Counted from the stretch's first letter, positions 42,922 through 54,980 are shown. The stretch is 64,000 nucleotides of DNA from an uncultured delta proteobacterium (GCA_963848295.1 CAWKDB010000010.1:32001-96000), one strand, 5' to 3'. Translations and numbers: made by a program. Notes: generated from the sequence alone by a model not told the origin.

Positions 42922-45050
42922 CCTGGTGCGGCGCGAACGATCGTCTCGGGTGCGTACAGCGTCGCGAGCGCCACGCCGTTGCCGAGCGGTCGGGCGGCGA
43001 CGATCATGCGATAGCGCTGGCGATTGCCGAACGCGTCGGGGAGCTGCGCGACGAGCTCGCTACCGTGCCACGGCGCTGGCAAGGTGACGAGTGGATCGCC
43101 GGCCGCCTCGGTGGTCTCGAACTTGCGCTCGCGCGCTTCGCCCGGCGCACCCTTGGTCAAAGCGGCGAGCGGGCCACGGAGGTCGACCGAGCCCGGGGTC
43201 CAGCCGAAGCGACCCAACACCCACACATCGGGCGCGTAGATCTCGGTACCGGCGACGATCCACCCGGTCGGGGCGACGACGCTGAGGTCGCCAACCGTGC
43301 GGCGCGCGGTGGGCAGCGACGCGTAGCTCTCTGCGACCGACGTCCTCACGACGAGCACCGCGGTGGCGGCGACCGCGGCGGCGAACGCCAGCGCGATGAG
43401 CGGAGCGAGATAGCGCGACACGATCGCCCAGCGCGCATGCGGGGTCAGGGCGGCGCCCGCGAGCGCACCGACCACGAGGCCCGCGCCGTGCGCCCAGTTG
43501 TCGACCATCGGGTACAACATGCCGAACCCGACGAGCGCGACCAGCACGACGCCGATCCGCGCCCACATCCCGCGGCGCATCGCGGTGCGATACAGCCGGC
43601 GATACAGCGTGAGCTCGACGAACCCCGCGCCGAGCAACCCGAAGATCGCGCCCGACGCCCCGGCGGTGACGTCGATATCGCCGTAGTAGCTCGCGATCGA
43701 GCCGGCGATCCCGGCGAGCGCGAAGATCGCGATCGTGCGCACCGCGCCGAACATCTCCTCCGCGAAGCGGCCGACGAACCACAGCGCGATCGCGTTGAGC
43801 ACGAGGTGCACCGTGCCGACGTGGATGAAGATCGCCGCGACGATCCGCCACGGCTCCGCCGGGACGAAGCCATGCACGATCGCCCCGCCGCGAGTCAACG
43901 CGCCGAGATCGCTACCGTCGCCGATAAACAGCGAGATGCACGCGGCAGCGGCGATCATGATCGCGAGCAACGCCTGGGTCGCCCACGGTCCTTGTACGCG
44001 CGGCGGCCGGATCACCTTCGGCGCGGGCGCGGCCTCGACTCTCGCGACGATCTCTGTTGCCGCGCTGCCGAGCTCGGCGCGGCGAGCCGTCGGGAGCTCG
44101 GCGAGCGCTTTTTCGATCATGACGCGCGGCCGGCCACGCGATCGCGAGCGCGCCTTGTCGTAGGCGTCGCGGGCGGCGGGCTCGTCACCCCTGCGCTCGT
44201 GAGCGACCGCGAGCCAATACGTCCGCGCCGCCGCCGTCATGTGGCGCGAGCGCTTCGGCATGACGAGCGCTTCGACCGCATCGACCCGACCGGCGAGCGC
44301 GAGGAACATCAAGCGCCCGCGATGCAGCCACACCGCGGCGTCTTGCCGGCCCTCGCAGACATCTTCGAGTCGGGCGAGCATCGTCGCCGCGCGATCGAGA
44401 TCGCCTTTGCGGCCGTAAGCGCCGAGCAACTCGATCCACACCGGTGGTGCGATGCCGAGCGCGCGGCGCAGCGCGTTGCCGCCGTCGTCGGGAGGCGTCG
44501 CGCCGAACAGGTTTGCTTCAGCGTGAGCGATCGCTTCGTCCCAGCGATACGCGGCGAGGTACAACATCGCGATCCGCTCGTCGATCGCGAGCTTGGCTTC
44601 GGCCGGCGCGCGCTGCTTCGCCATCGTCAACGCGTCGACCGTCCGCTCGATCTTGCCGTCGCGGATCTCGCGCATCGCACCGAGCATGGCCTTCTCGTCG
44701 CCGGCGCCCGAGCCGGGTGCGAGCACATCGGCGACGTCGAGCAAGCGCGCGGCAACGCCGAAATGCTCGGCCGCCGCGAACCGGCGCGCGAGCGTGCGCA
44801 GCACGGGCCCCACGACGAACAAGCAGGCGCCCGCACCGACGCCGATCGCACCCGCGATGCCGAGCAGCTCGCTCTCGGTGTGGCGCCCGATCCAGCCGAG
44901 CGTCGACAGCGCCGCGGACGCCACGAGCATCAGCCCGAACGTGGGCGTGCCCTGCGGCTGCCGGCGGATGAAGAACCAGCCCCAGTAGCCGCCCGCGATC
45001 GCGACCGACATGAGCGCGAGCTCGTAGAGCAGCGACGCTTCGGAAGTCAT
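42873..45050 (-). CDS. Rhomboid intramembrane serine protease with TPR-like N-terminal region
   Basis: WRIV..IFIH....HLVLN, GASGAIFG, AHGAG. Confidence 0.9.
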   Translation of the reverse strand: MTSEASLLYELALMSVAIAGGYWGWFFIRRQPQGTPTFGLMLVASAALSTLGWIGRHTESELLGIAGAIGVGAGACLFVVGPVLRTLARRFAAAEHFGVAARLLDVADVLAPGSGAGDEKAMLGAMREIRDGKIERTVDALTMAKQRAPAEAKLAIDERIAMLYLAAYRWDEAIAHAEANLFGATPPDDGGNALRRALGIAPPVWIELLGAYGRKGDLDRAATMLARLEDVCEGRQDAAVWLHRGRLMFLALAGRVDAVEALVMPKRSRHMTAAARTYWLAVAHERRGDEPAARDAYDKARSRSRGRPRVMIEKALAELPTARRAELGSAATEIVARVEAAPAPKVIRPPRVQGPWATQALLAIMIAAAACISLFIGDGSDLGALTRGGAIVHGFVPAEPWRIVAAIFIHVGTVHLVLNAIALWFVGRFAEEMFGAVRTIAIFALAGIAGSIASYYGDIDVTAGASGAIFGLLGAGFVELTLYRRLYRTAMRRGMWARIGVVLVALVGFGMLYPMVDNWAHGAGLVVGALAGAALTPHARWAIVSRYLAPLIALAFAAAVAATAVLVVRTSVAESYASLPTARRTVGDLSVVAPTGWIVAGTEIYAPDVWVLGRFGWTPGSVDLRGPLAALTKGAPGEARERKFETTEAAGDPLVTLPAPWHGSELVAQLPDAFGNRQRYRMIVAARPLGNGVALATLYAPETIVRAAPGYFGGLLGSVAIASSR

Positions 45051-45065
45051 CGGGCCAAACCTAGA

Positions 45066-46061
45066 TCAACCCGTCTGCTCGACGAACTGGCCGATGCGGC
45101 GGAACTTCTGGTAGCGACGCTCGATGAGCTCGCTCGGCGTTAGCTGCGATAAATCTTTGAGGTGCGCCTTGATCGACTGCCGCAACTTCGCTGCGGTCAG
45201 CGCCGCGTTGCGGTGCGCGCCGCCGGGCGCCTCCGGAATGATCTCGTCGCAGATGCCGAGCTCGAGCAGGTCGGGTGCGGTGAGCTTGAGCTGCGAGGCC
45301 GCCTCCGCGATCTTCGCCGGGTCGCGCCACAGGATCGAAGCGCAGCCTTCGGGTGAGATCACCGAGTAGATCGAGTACTCGAGCATCAGGATCTTGTCGG
45401 TCACGCCGAGCGCGAGCGCGCCACCCGAGCCGCCTTCGCCAATCACGACCGAGATCAGCGGGCATTCGAGGCTCGCCATCACCTGCAGCGCCTTCGCGAT
45501 CGCCTCGGCCTGGCCGCGCTCTTCGGCGCCGAGCCCGGGATACGCACCTGGCGTATCGATGAAGCACAGGATCGGCCGGCGGAACCGCGAGGCCATCCGC
45601 ATCAACCGCGTGGCCTTGCGGTAACCCTCGGGCCGCGCCATCCCGAAGTTGCGATGCATGTTGTCCTTCGTGTTGCGGCCCTTCTGGTGGCCGAGCACGA
45701 GCACTTCCCATTCGTCGAATTGAGCGAGTCCGCCGATGATCGCCGGATCGTCGCGGAAGCTGCGATCGCCGTGCAGCTCGATGAAGTCGTCCATCAGCAG
45801 GCCGACGTAGTCCATCATGTACGGCCGCCCGGGGTGGCGAGCGAGCTGGACCTTCTGCTGCGCGGACAGGTCGGCGAACACTTCTCGTTGCAGCTTGCGC
45901 GCCTTCTGCTCGAGCTTGCGGATCTCGGACGAGAAGTCGACCGACTCGGTCGAGAGGTGATGCAGCTCGTGGATCTTGCGCTCGAGCTCGATGATCGGCC
46001 GCTCGAACTCGAGGATCATCCGGTCGGTGAGCAGCGGAGGCGGTTCGGTCGTCGTCGACAT
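45066..46061 (-). CDS. accA: Acetyl-CoA carboxylase carboxyltransferase alpha subunit
   Basis: LEFERPI, ARHPGRP, NFGMARPEGYRKA, IDTPGAYPG, GEGGSGGA. Confidence 0.97.
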   Translation of the reverse strand: MSTTTEPPPLLTDRMILEFERPIIELERKIHELHHLSTESVDFSSEIRKLEQKARKLQREVFADLSAQQKVQLARHPGRPYMMDYVGLLMDDFIELHGDRSFRDDPAIIGGLAQFDEWEVLVLGHQKGRNTKDNMHRNFGMARPEGYRKATRLMRMASRFRRPILCFIDTPGAYPGLGAEERGQAEAIAKALQVMASLECPLISVVIGEGGSGGALALGVTDKILMLEYSIYSVISPEGCASILWRDPAKIAEAASQLKLTAPDLLELGICDEIIPEAPGGAHRNAALTAAKLRQSIKAHLKDLSQLTPSELIERRYQKFRRIGQFVEQTG

Positions 46062-46067
46062 CGCGTT

Positions 46068-46979
46068 CTAGCGCCCTGCTAGGTACCGCCCAAGCGCGTC
46101 GGGGTCAACGGCCGCCGGGTCCGGGTACCAAGCGATGGCGGGATCAGGACGGTACCAAGATAGCTGACGCCGGGCGTAATGCCGTGAATTCCTTTTGACC
46201 AGCTCGATCGCGCGCGTGCGGTCGAGCCGCCCCTCCGCCACCGCGTGCAGCTCGGCGTAGCCGATCGCCTGCTGGCTGCGCAGGGGCGGCGTGTAACCCC
46301 GCGCGCGCAACGCGCCGACCTCGGCCTCGAGCCCGGCGGCGAGCATCGCGTCGACCCGCGCGTCGATCGCGGCATACAACGCCTCGCGCGGCGGCGATAG
46401 ACCCACGAGTTGCGCCGGATAGCGCGGCGGCTGCTTGCGATGGTCGTGGCGCGCCTGGTGGGCGCTCATCGGCTCGCCGGTGAGTCGGAACACCTCGATC
46501 GCGCGGATCATCCGCTTGCCGTCGTGCGGATCGATCTTCGCGGCGGCCGCGGGATCGACGCGCACGAGCTCGGCGTGCAGCTCGGCGGTCGGCAGCTGCG
46601 CCAGCTCGGCGCGCACCTCGGGAGACGCCGGCGGGCCCTCGAACAGGCCGAGCAGGAGCGCGCGGACGTACAGGCCGGTGCCGCCGCATACGATCGCCGG
46701 CACGTCGCGCACCGCGAGACTCTCGATCGCGGCGTCGGCGAGCGCGATGAACCGCGCCGCCGTCATCTCGTCGTCGGGATGCGCCACGTCGAGCAGATGG
46801 TGCGGCACCCGCGCGCGCTCGTCCGCGGTCGCCTTGCCGGTGCCGATGTCCATGCCGACGTAGACTTGCTGACTGTCGGCCGACACGACCTCGCCGCCGA
46901 TCTTCTCGGCGAGCGCGAGGGACAGGCGCGTCTTGCCCGCGCCGGTCGGCCCGACGATCACGACGAGGCGCGGCGCCAT
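46068..46979 (-). CDS. miaA: tRNA dimethylallyltransferase
   Basis: GPTGAGKT, DSQQVY, GGTGLY, QAIGY, YARRQLSW. Confidence 0.96.
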   Translation of the reverse strand: MAPRLVVIVGPTGAGKTRLSLALAEKIGGEVVSADSQQVYVGMDIGTGKATADERARVPHHLLDVAHPDDEMTAARFIALADAAIESLAVRDVPAIVCGGTGLYVRALLLGLFEGPPASPEVRAELAQLPTAELHAELVRVDPAAAAKIDPHDGKRMIRAIEVFRLTGEPMSAHQARHDHRKQPPRYPAQLVGLSPPREALYAAIDARVDAMLAAGLEAEVGALRARGYTPPLRSQQAIGYAELHAVAEGRLDRTRAIELVKRNSRHYARRQLSWYRPDPAIAWYPDPAAVDPDALGRYLAGR

Positions 46980-47112
46980 CCGCGCATTGTGGCACGGCGG
47001 CGAGAACCGCGGTTCGCCGTGGCCCCTCGCGCGCCGACTGTCAGATCGCGACGCTCGACCGGCTTGCGGGCCGAGCGTAGACCGACCGCGCACGTCGCGC
47101 GTTTCATCGCAC

Positions 47113-47589
47113 ATGCGCTTCCTCGCGTTCGCCTTGCCGCTGTGCCTCGTCACGTCGTTCGCGCATGCGTCACCGGCGTTCACATTCGCACAGCTGCTCC
47201 GGCGCGCCGACACGGTCGCGGTCGTGACGCTGACCCACCACGACGCGAAGCACGTCACCCTGTCGCAGACGACGGTCGTGCGCGGCGCGTTCGGCAAGGG
47301 CATCGTGTTGAAGGTCATCGGCGAGATCGCGCCGCCGGCTGACGTCACGACGTTCGTGGTGCTGTCCCAGCTCGATCCGCACATCGGCGCGCCGGAGCCG
47401 GTGGTGCGCATCGGCCAAGGCCTCGAGGGCCAAGCCGGCTATCTCGGGTTCTTGCTCTACCCGGTGCGGACGATCGGTGGCCGTGCGCAGATCGACCCGG
47501 CGTTCCTGATCAAGGCGGACGGCGCGATCGCGATCGACCAGCTTCCCGCGATCGCGAAGCGCGCGCCGTTTCGCCCGATCGGCGGCTAG
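47113..47589 (+). CDS. Secreted hypothetical protein
   Basis: Signal peptide MRFLAFALPLCLVTSFAHA. Confidence 0.6.
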   Translation: MRFLAFALPLCLVTSFAHASPAFTFAQLLRRADTVAVVTLTHHDAKHVTLSQTTVVRGAFGKGIVLKVIGEIAPPADVTTFVVLSQLDPHIGAPEPVVRIGQGLEGQAGYLGFLLYPVRTIGGRAQIDPAFLIKADGAIAIDQLPAIAKRAPFRPIGG

Positions 47590-49577
47590 CGCCCGAACCG
47601 GCGCGCGATCTCGGCGAGCGGCAGGCGCAGCATCAACGGGCGGCCGTGCGGGTTCGGCGCGTCGCCGACGCCGTCGAGCGCGCGCAGCAGCGCCTCGGTT
47701 TCGCCCGCCGACAGTCGATCGCCCGCGCGCACGACCGAGTGACACGCAATCTCGGCGAGCGCACTCTCGAGTTGCTCGGCGTCGCTCGGCGCACCTTCTT
47801 CGGCCCACCGGGCGAGCAGCGCACGCAGCAGCTCCGCCGGATCGCCGTGGCGGATCCCCGCCGGCACCGCGAGCAACGCGAGCGAGCCATCGCCGCCGAG
47901 ATCGGTCTCGAAGCCGACCTGCGCGAGCACGCCGCGCAGATCACTCGCGAGCTTCGCGAGCTCCGGCGCGACATCGATCGTCGCCGGGAACAGCATGCGC
48001 TGCATGCCGACCGCATGATCGGCATCGGCGGCCTTGAGCCGAGCGAGCTCGACGAGCTCGTGCGCGACGTGCTGATCGATCAGCACGAGCCCGGCGCCGG
48101 CCTCGCACACGAGGTATGTGAGATCCAGCTGGCCGAGGTAGCGCAGCTGCGCGAAGTAGCCCGGCTCGAGCTCGGCGCGCTCGGCCGCGGCATGGTCGAC
48201 CGGCCCGCTACCGAACGCGAGGGCCGGCGCCCGGTCGGCGACCGCCGCGGGCCGCGCGTAGGCGGCGCGCGCGTACGCCGCGGCTTCAGCAGCGCGCGAG
48301 CTCCGGCCGCGATCGCGGATGCCTTGGGCCCACTCCCGCGGCCCCGGGCCAGGAGTAAACCCGAGTTGCGCCTGCGCACCGCCGGACGCCCAACCGCGCT
48401 CGCGCGCGTGCTCAAGCTGGGCGCCGTAGCGCTGCGCTAACGGCGTCGCGACTCCGCCGTCGGGTAACGCGGGCGGCTGGACGCTCGTGATCGCGGTCAT
48501 CATCACCGGCGCCGCCGCATCGCTTCGCCACCCTGCCCGCGCGACGCCTGCTTGCACGACGTGGCGCACCGCCGCTGCGACCGCAGCCGCGTCGGCAAAT
48601 CGGACCTCCGACTTCTGCGGATGGACGTTGATATCGACCGCGCCAGCGGGAACATCGACGATCGCGATCGCGAGCGGATAGCGGCCGCGAGGCACGAGCT
48701 CGCCATAGCCCATCGCGATCGCGTGCAACAACCCACGGTCTTTCACCGGCCGGCGCCCGACGAACAGCTGAACGCCCCGCGCCGTCGTCTGCGCGAGATC
48801 CGGCGCACCGAGCAACGCGTGGACGCGGGTCGCACCGTCTTCACCTGATACCTCGACGAGCCGCGCGCTGACTCGCGGTCCGAGCAGCGCGCGCGCACGA
48901 GCCAACCGATCGCGATCCGGCGGGAGGTCGAGCGCGACTCGCCCGTCGTACGCGAGCTTGAGGTGAAGCTCGGGATGCGCCATCGCGACGCGCGCGACCA
49001 GGTCGGTGACGTGGGCCGCTTCGGTCGCCTCGCCGCGCAAGAACTTGAGCCGAGCCGGCACCGCGCGAAACAGCTCGTGGACCTCGACCGTCGTACCGAC
49101 CGGGGCGCCGGCCGCGCTGACGTCTGCGACCCGCCCCGCATCGACCGTGATGCGCGTCGCCGCGAGCTCGCCGGCGACCCGGGTGGTCAGCACGAGCCGC
49201 GCGACGCTCGCGATCGCCGGCAGCGCCTCGCCGCGAAACCCGAGCGTCGTCAACCCCCACAGGTCGTCGACACTGCGCAGCTTCGAGGTCGCGTGGCGCT
49301 CGAGTGCGAGCACCGCGTCGACCGCAGACATGCCACAGCCGTCGTCGACGACGCGGATCACGCTGCGGCCACCGCCGACGACCTCGACCGCGATCGTGCG
49401 CGCGCCGGCGTCGATCGCGTTGTCGACGAGCTCCTTGACCACCGATGCCGGCCGCTCGATGACCTCGCCCGCGGCGATCTGGTCGATCACGGTCGAGGGC
49501 AAGAGCTCGATCGTGGGGACCTGTGCCCGACGATCAGCACCGCCGGAGGGCGGTGCGGTTGGATCGAACGCGGGCAT
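47586..49577 (-). CDS. mutL: DNA mismatch repair endonuclease MutL
   Basis: QIAAGEVIERPASVVKELVDNAIDAG, HATSK, GFRGEAL, DQHVAHE, ACH, PHGRP. Confidence 0.96.
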   Translation of the reverse strand: MPAFDPTAPPSGGADRRAQVPTIELLPSTVIDQIAAGEVIERPASVVKELVDNAIDAGARTIAVEVVGGGRSVIRVVDDGCGMSAVDAVLALERHATSKLRSVDDLWGLTTLGFRGEALPAIASVARLVLTTRVAGELAATRITVDAGRVADVSAAGAPVGTTVEVHELFRAVPARLKFLRGEATEAAHVTDLVARVAMAHPELHLKLAYDGRVALDLPPDRDRLARARALLGPRVSARLVEVSGEDGATRVHALLGAPDLAQTTARGVQLFVGRRPVKDRGLLHAIAMGYGELVPRGRYPLAIAIVDVPAGAVDINVHPQKSEVRFADAAAVAAAVRHVVQAGVARAGWRSDAAAPVMMTAITSVQPPALPDGGVATPLAQRYGAQLEHARERGWASGGAQAQLGFTPGPGPREWAQGIRDRGRSSRAAEAAAYARAAYARPAAVADRAPALAFGSGPVDHAAAERAELEPGYFAQLRYLGQLDLTYLVCEAGAGLVLIDQHVAHELVELARLKAADADHAVGMQRMLFPATIDVAPELAKLASDLRGVLAQVGFETDLGGDGSLALLAVPAGIRHGDPAELLRALLARWAEEGAPSDAEQLESALAEIACHSVVRAGDRLSAGETEALLRALDGVGDAPNPHGRPLMLRLPLAEIARRFGR
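49507..49567 (+). repeat. Coding double-hairpin element, copy in MutL N-terminus
   Basis: TCGATCGTGGGG...CCCGACGATC-A-GCACCGCC-GGAG-GGCGGTGC-GGTTGGATCGA; TCGA ends 57 bp apart. Confidence 0.8.
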
Positions 49578-49641
49578 AGCGCTGGCGTACCACGGCGATC
49601 TGACGTGGAGCCGGCACTCCCGCTGGTGTATAGAAGCCTCG

Positions 49642-51774
49642 ATGGCGAGCGCCCCGCAACCCGAGTCCGACCGCGTGGTCGCGATCACCGGGGCGTGCAC
49701 GTATCTCGGCAGCGAGTTGCTGCGCCGGCTCGAAGAAGATCCGCGCTGTCGCCGCGTGCTCGCGCTCGACATCCGGCCGCCGGTTGCGGCGAACGGCCCG
49801 GGCAGCAAGGTCGCGTTCGTCAAGATCGACCTGACCCAGCCGACGGTCGACGCCGAGCTCGCGACGTTGCTCGCGCGCGAGCACGTCGACACGCTCGTCC
49901 ATGGCGCGTTCCTGTCGCACCCGACCCACGCGTCGGAGTGGGCGCACGAGCTCGAGGATGTCGGCACGATGCACGTGCTGAACGCGTGCTCCGGGGTCGA
50001 GCTGCGCCGCCTCGTGATGGTGTCGACGACGCTGGTCTACGGCGCGCATCCGAAGAACCCGAACTTCCTGACCGAGGACGCCGAGCTGCGCGGTCATCGC
50101 TCGACCGACGCCGGCCGGTTCATCGACGACAAGCTGCGCGCCGAACGCCAGGTCCAGCGGTTCGCCGCGGAGCATCCCGGCGTGGAGGTGGCCATCCTGC
50201 GGTTCGCGCCGATCCTCGGGCCGACGATCTCGAACATCTTCACGCGCTTCCTGTCGCGGCCGATCGCGCCCGTGATGATGGGCCACGATCCGCTGATGCA
50301 GTTCGTCCACGAGCAAGATGCCGCGAACGCGTTGCAGCTCGCGGTGCAGTCGCACGCGACGGGTGCGTTCAACATCGTCGGCAAGGGCGTGTTGCCGTAT
50401 ACGACCGTGCTCGCGCTGCTCGGCCGCGTGCCGATGCCGTTGCCACAGCTCGTCGCGCGTCCGCTGACCAAGTTGTTGTGGGCGACGCAGCTCGTCGGTT
50501 CGCCGCCGACGATGCTCGACCACCTGCTGTATCTGTGCGTCGCCGACGGCAGCAAAGCCAAGCGCGAGCTCGGGTTCTCGCCGCGGCTGTCGATCAAGCG
50601 CACGATCCTCGACTTCCTCGGCGTGGCCCCCGAGGACGGCGCGACCGACGTCGACGAGGGCACAGGCATGACCGACGACGGTCCGAAGCACGACGGCGAC
50701 GACGCCGACGACGCCGAGTGGTTCGGTGATGCCGATCCGCGCGTGCCCGATGCGACCGCGTTCGCCGACGATCCTTACTTGGGAGGCGAAGCGGCGATCC
50801 CCGACGAGCTCGGCGGCAGCCACGTGCCGAGCGAGCGCGGCGAGCGCGAAGCCGAGCTCCGCGAGCTCGAGCGCCGCCTCGAACAGCAGCGCACGCCGGT
50901 GTTCCCGATCGATCTGCGCCGGCACCTGCCGCTCGAAGGCGTGTGGCACCGCTGGCGCGCGCTCGCGATGTGGGGCCGCAGCGACGTCGTCGACGATTTC
51001 GGCCGCGATCCTCGCGCGACCGCTCGCTGGGAGTGGCTGTTCGAGTTCTTGTACTCGCGCTGGTTCCGCGTTCACGTCGAGGGCATCGATCACGTGCCGA
51101 CCCGCGGCCGCGCGCTGCTCGTCGCGAATCACGCGGGCACGTTGCCGTACGACAGCGCGATGGTGATGCACGCGATCCGCCGCGACCATCCCGCGCGGCG
51201 CGACGTGCGACCGCTCGTCGAGGACACCGTGTTTCACCTGCCGTTCCTCGGCCCGTTGATGAATCGGATCGGCGGCGTCCGCGCCGATCCGGCGAACGCC
51301 GAGCGCTTGCTCGAGAAGGACGAGCTCGTCGCGGTGTTCCCCGAAGGCGAGAAAGGCATGGGCAAGCTGTGGAAGGACCGCTATCGGCTGCAGCGGTTCG
51401 GCCGCGGCGGGTTCGTCAAGCTCGCGCTGCGCACGCGCTCGCCGATCATCCCGGTCGCCGTCGTCGGCGCTGAAGAAGCGGCGCCGATGCTCGGCAAGGT
51501 GACGTGGTTCGCGCGCAACATCGGCATCCCGTGGATCCCGGTCACGCCGTTGTTTCCGTGGCTCGGGCCGGCGGGCCTGTTGCCCCTGCCGAGCAAGTGG
51601 TTCGTGCGCTTCGGCACGCCGATCGATCTGTCTGCGACCTACGGCCCGGCCGCCGCGGACGATCGCCTGCTCGTCAACAAGCTCGCCGAGGGCATCCGCA
51701 CCGAGATCCAGGTCATGGTCGACGACCTGCTGGGCATGCGGCGGTCGCCCGTGCTGGCCGCGTTCTTCGGCTGA
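49642..51774 (+). CDS. NAD-dependent epimerase/dehydratase fused to lysophospholipid acyltransferase (possibly two genes, second from 50668)
   Basis: VAITGACTYLG Rossmann motif; NHAGTLPYD (NHxxxxxxD) and FPEG acyltransferase motifs. Confidence 0.85.
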   Translation: MASAPQPESDRVVAITGACTYLGSELLRRLEEDPRCRRVLALDIRPPVAANGPGSKVAFVKIDLTQPTVDAELATLLAREHVDTLVHGAFLSHPTHASEWAHELEDVGTMHVLNACSGVELRRLVMVSTTLVYGAHPKNPNFLTEDAELRGHRSTDAGRFIDDKLRAERQVQRFAAEHPGVEVAILRFAPILGPTISNIFTRFLSRPIAPVMMGHDPLMQFVHEQDAANALQLAVQSHATGAFNIVGKGVLPYTTVLALLGRVPMPLPQLVARPLTKLLWATQLVGSPPTMLDHLLYLCVADGSKAKRELGFSPRLSIKRTILDFLGVAPEDGATDVDEGTGMTDDGPKHDGDDADDAEWFGDADPRVPDATAFADDPYLGGEAAIPDELGGSHVPSERGEREAELRELERRLEQQRTPVFPIDLRRHLPLEGVWHRWRALAMWGRSDVVDDFGRDPRATARWEWLFEFLYSRWFRVHVEGIDHVPTRGRALLVANHAGTLPYDSAMVMHAIRRDHPARRDVRPLVEDTVFHLPFLGPLMNRIGGVRADPANAERLLEKDELVAVFPEGEKGMGKLWKDRYRLQRFGRGGFVKLALRTRSPIIPVAVVGAEEAAPMLGKVTWFARNIGIPWIPVTPLFPWLGPAGLLPLPSKWFVRFGTPIDLSATYGPAAADDRLLVNKLAEGIRTEIQVMVDDLLGMRRSPVLAAFFG

Positions 51775-51847
51775 TCCCCGGAGGTCGTCACCGCACCCAC
51801 ATCGGGTGGCCTTGTGTTTGGTGCCCGAACGAGTCAGCCTGATATGG

Positions 51848-52792
51848 ATGCGGTGCGGGGTGATCGCGTGCCTGCTCTACGCCGGCGTGGCCCATGCCGA
51901 CCCGGCCGGAGACGTGAATCCAGAGGCAGAGAAACTGTTTCGCGATGGCCGGGCGTTTCTCAAGGACGGCAACACCGCCGCGGCATGCGATGCGTTTGCC
52001 GCGAGCGCGAAGCTCGGGCCGTCGGTCGGCACGTTCCTCAACCTCGGTGACTGCCGAGCCCGGCGCGGCGAGGTCGCGACCGCGTGGGCGGCGTTCGTGG
52101 AAGCCGGTCGACTCGCGGTCAAGCTCGACGATCCGCGCAAAGCCGAAGCGGACAGGCGCGCCGCCGAGCTCGAGCCGCAGCTGTCGTACCTGACGATCGA
52201 CGTGCCGACACCGGTCCCAGGCCTGAAGATCGCGCGCGACAACGTCGCGATCGATCCCAGCGTGTGGCACGAGCCCACCGCGATCGATCCGGGCGCGCAC
52301 ACCGTCGTCGCGACCGCCCCCGGGTTCGCGAAGTGGGCGATGACGTTCGAGGTCGCACCGAGCGGAGCTAAGGCGGTCGCGCACGTCCCGGCGCTGCGCG
52401 CGATCCCGGTCGCTCCGGCCGCCGCGCCTGCGGTGCGCACCCCGGATAGGTTCACGACCACGCGGATCATCGGGGTCGTGTCCGCCGGCGCCGGCGTGGC
52501 AGCGCTCGCCGGGTCGCTCGCGCTGGCGCTCGACGCGGAGGGTCTCGAGGACGACGCGCGTACCACCTGCCCCACCGGCACACCGTGCACGAACCTCGGC
52601 GCGAGCCAAGAGAGCGGACGGGCGGTGACGCGCGCGAACATCGCGACGGCGATCGGCGCCGCGGGGATCGTCGCGATCACGGGCGGTGTCTTCTTGTGGA
52701 TCGTCGGGCGGCCGCGCGAAGGAACGCCACCTCCGATCGCGGCGACCGCGACTCGCGACTCGTTCGCGGTCTCGCTCACGGGGCGGTTCTGA
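51848..52792 (+). CDS. Secreted TPR/PEGA-like protein
   Basis: AEKLFRDGR..AC..F..S, GTFLNLGDC, IDPGAH; ends GRF. Confidence 0.75.
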   Translation: MRCGVIACLLYAGVAHADPAGDVNPEAEKLFRDGRAFLKDGNTAAACDAFAASAKLGPSVGTFLNLGDCRARRGEVATAWAAFVEAGRLAVKLDDPRKAEADRRAAELEPQLSYLTIDVPTPVPGLKIARDNVAIDPSVWHEPTAIDPGAHTVVATAPGFAKWAMTFEVAPSGAKAVAHVPALRAIPVAPAAAPAVRTPDRFTTTRIIGVVSAGAGVAALAGSLALALDAEGLEDDARTTCPTGTPCTNLGASQESGRAVTRANIATAIGAAGIVAITGGVFLWIVGRPREGTPPPIAATATRDSFAVSLTGRF

Positions 52793-53474
52793 TGAAGCGC
52801 ATCGCGGTCGTCGTCGTCACCGCCGGCTGCAGCGCGCTGTTCGGCATCGACAAGATTCCGTACGAGGGTGACCCCGGCCAGCCGATCGAGCTGAGCGTCG
52901 CGATCTCGGGATCCGGAACAGGCATGGTGAGCGATGACACCGGTCAGATCGCGTGCTCGAGCGGCGGCAACGGCACGTGTGCCCACGTGTACGATGCCGG
53001 GGCCACGATCACCCTCACGCCAGCCGCCGGCACCAGCAGCGCGTTCTTCGGCTGGGGCCAGGGGTGCTCCGATCAAAACGGCGACGGAGCGGCGCAGTGC
53101 ACGCTGACCGGCGCGAGCGGGTTGGTCTACGTCGTCGCCGACTTCTCACCGTATGCGGCTGGCCAGAACATGCTCACTCTCGCGCCGACGCTTGCCAACC
53201 ATTCCGATCCCAACGCATACATCATGGCGGGCTCGAATCGTTGCGACGACGATGGCCGGCCGTGCGGGTACGCGTTGGATCCGTCGGTCACCTCGGTGAC
53301 GTTGACGCCGGTGGGCGATTCGTGCGCGCCGTTCTTGATGTTCACCGGCGGTGGCTGCGCGCCCGCGACCGCGACGTGCACCGTCACATTCACCCCCGGT
53401 AGCATACAATCGGTCGTGGTCGACTTCGAGTTCGCAGCGAACGCGACGGGGTCCGGCTCGAACACGTGCGGCTT

Positions 53475-53478
<4 letters not shown>
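52792..53478 (+). CDS. Lipoprotein with InlB B-repeat-like domains
   Basis: AGC lipobox; GSGTG.V....I.C...C...Y..G..ITLT....S.F.GW...C pattern. Confidence 0.7.
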
Positions 53479-54884
<1,406 letters not shown>

Positions 54885-54980
54885 ATCGAGGCCGCTCGGG
54901 ATTTGCGCACGCGTGGGTCATCTTGCCTGGCCGCGCGATATCGCGGGCGCGTTGGAACGGCCGTGTTATCGTGGACGCAA

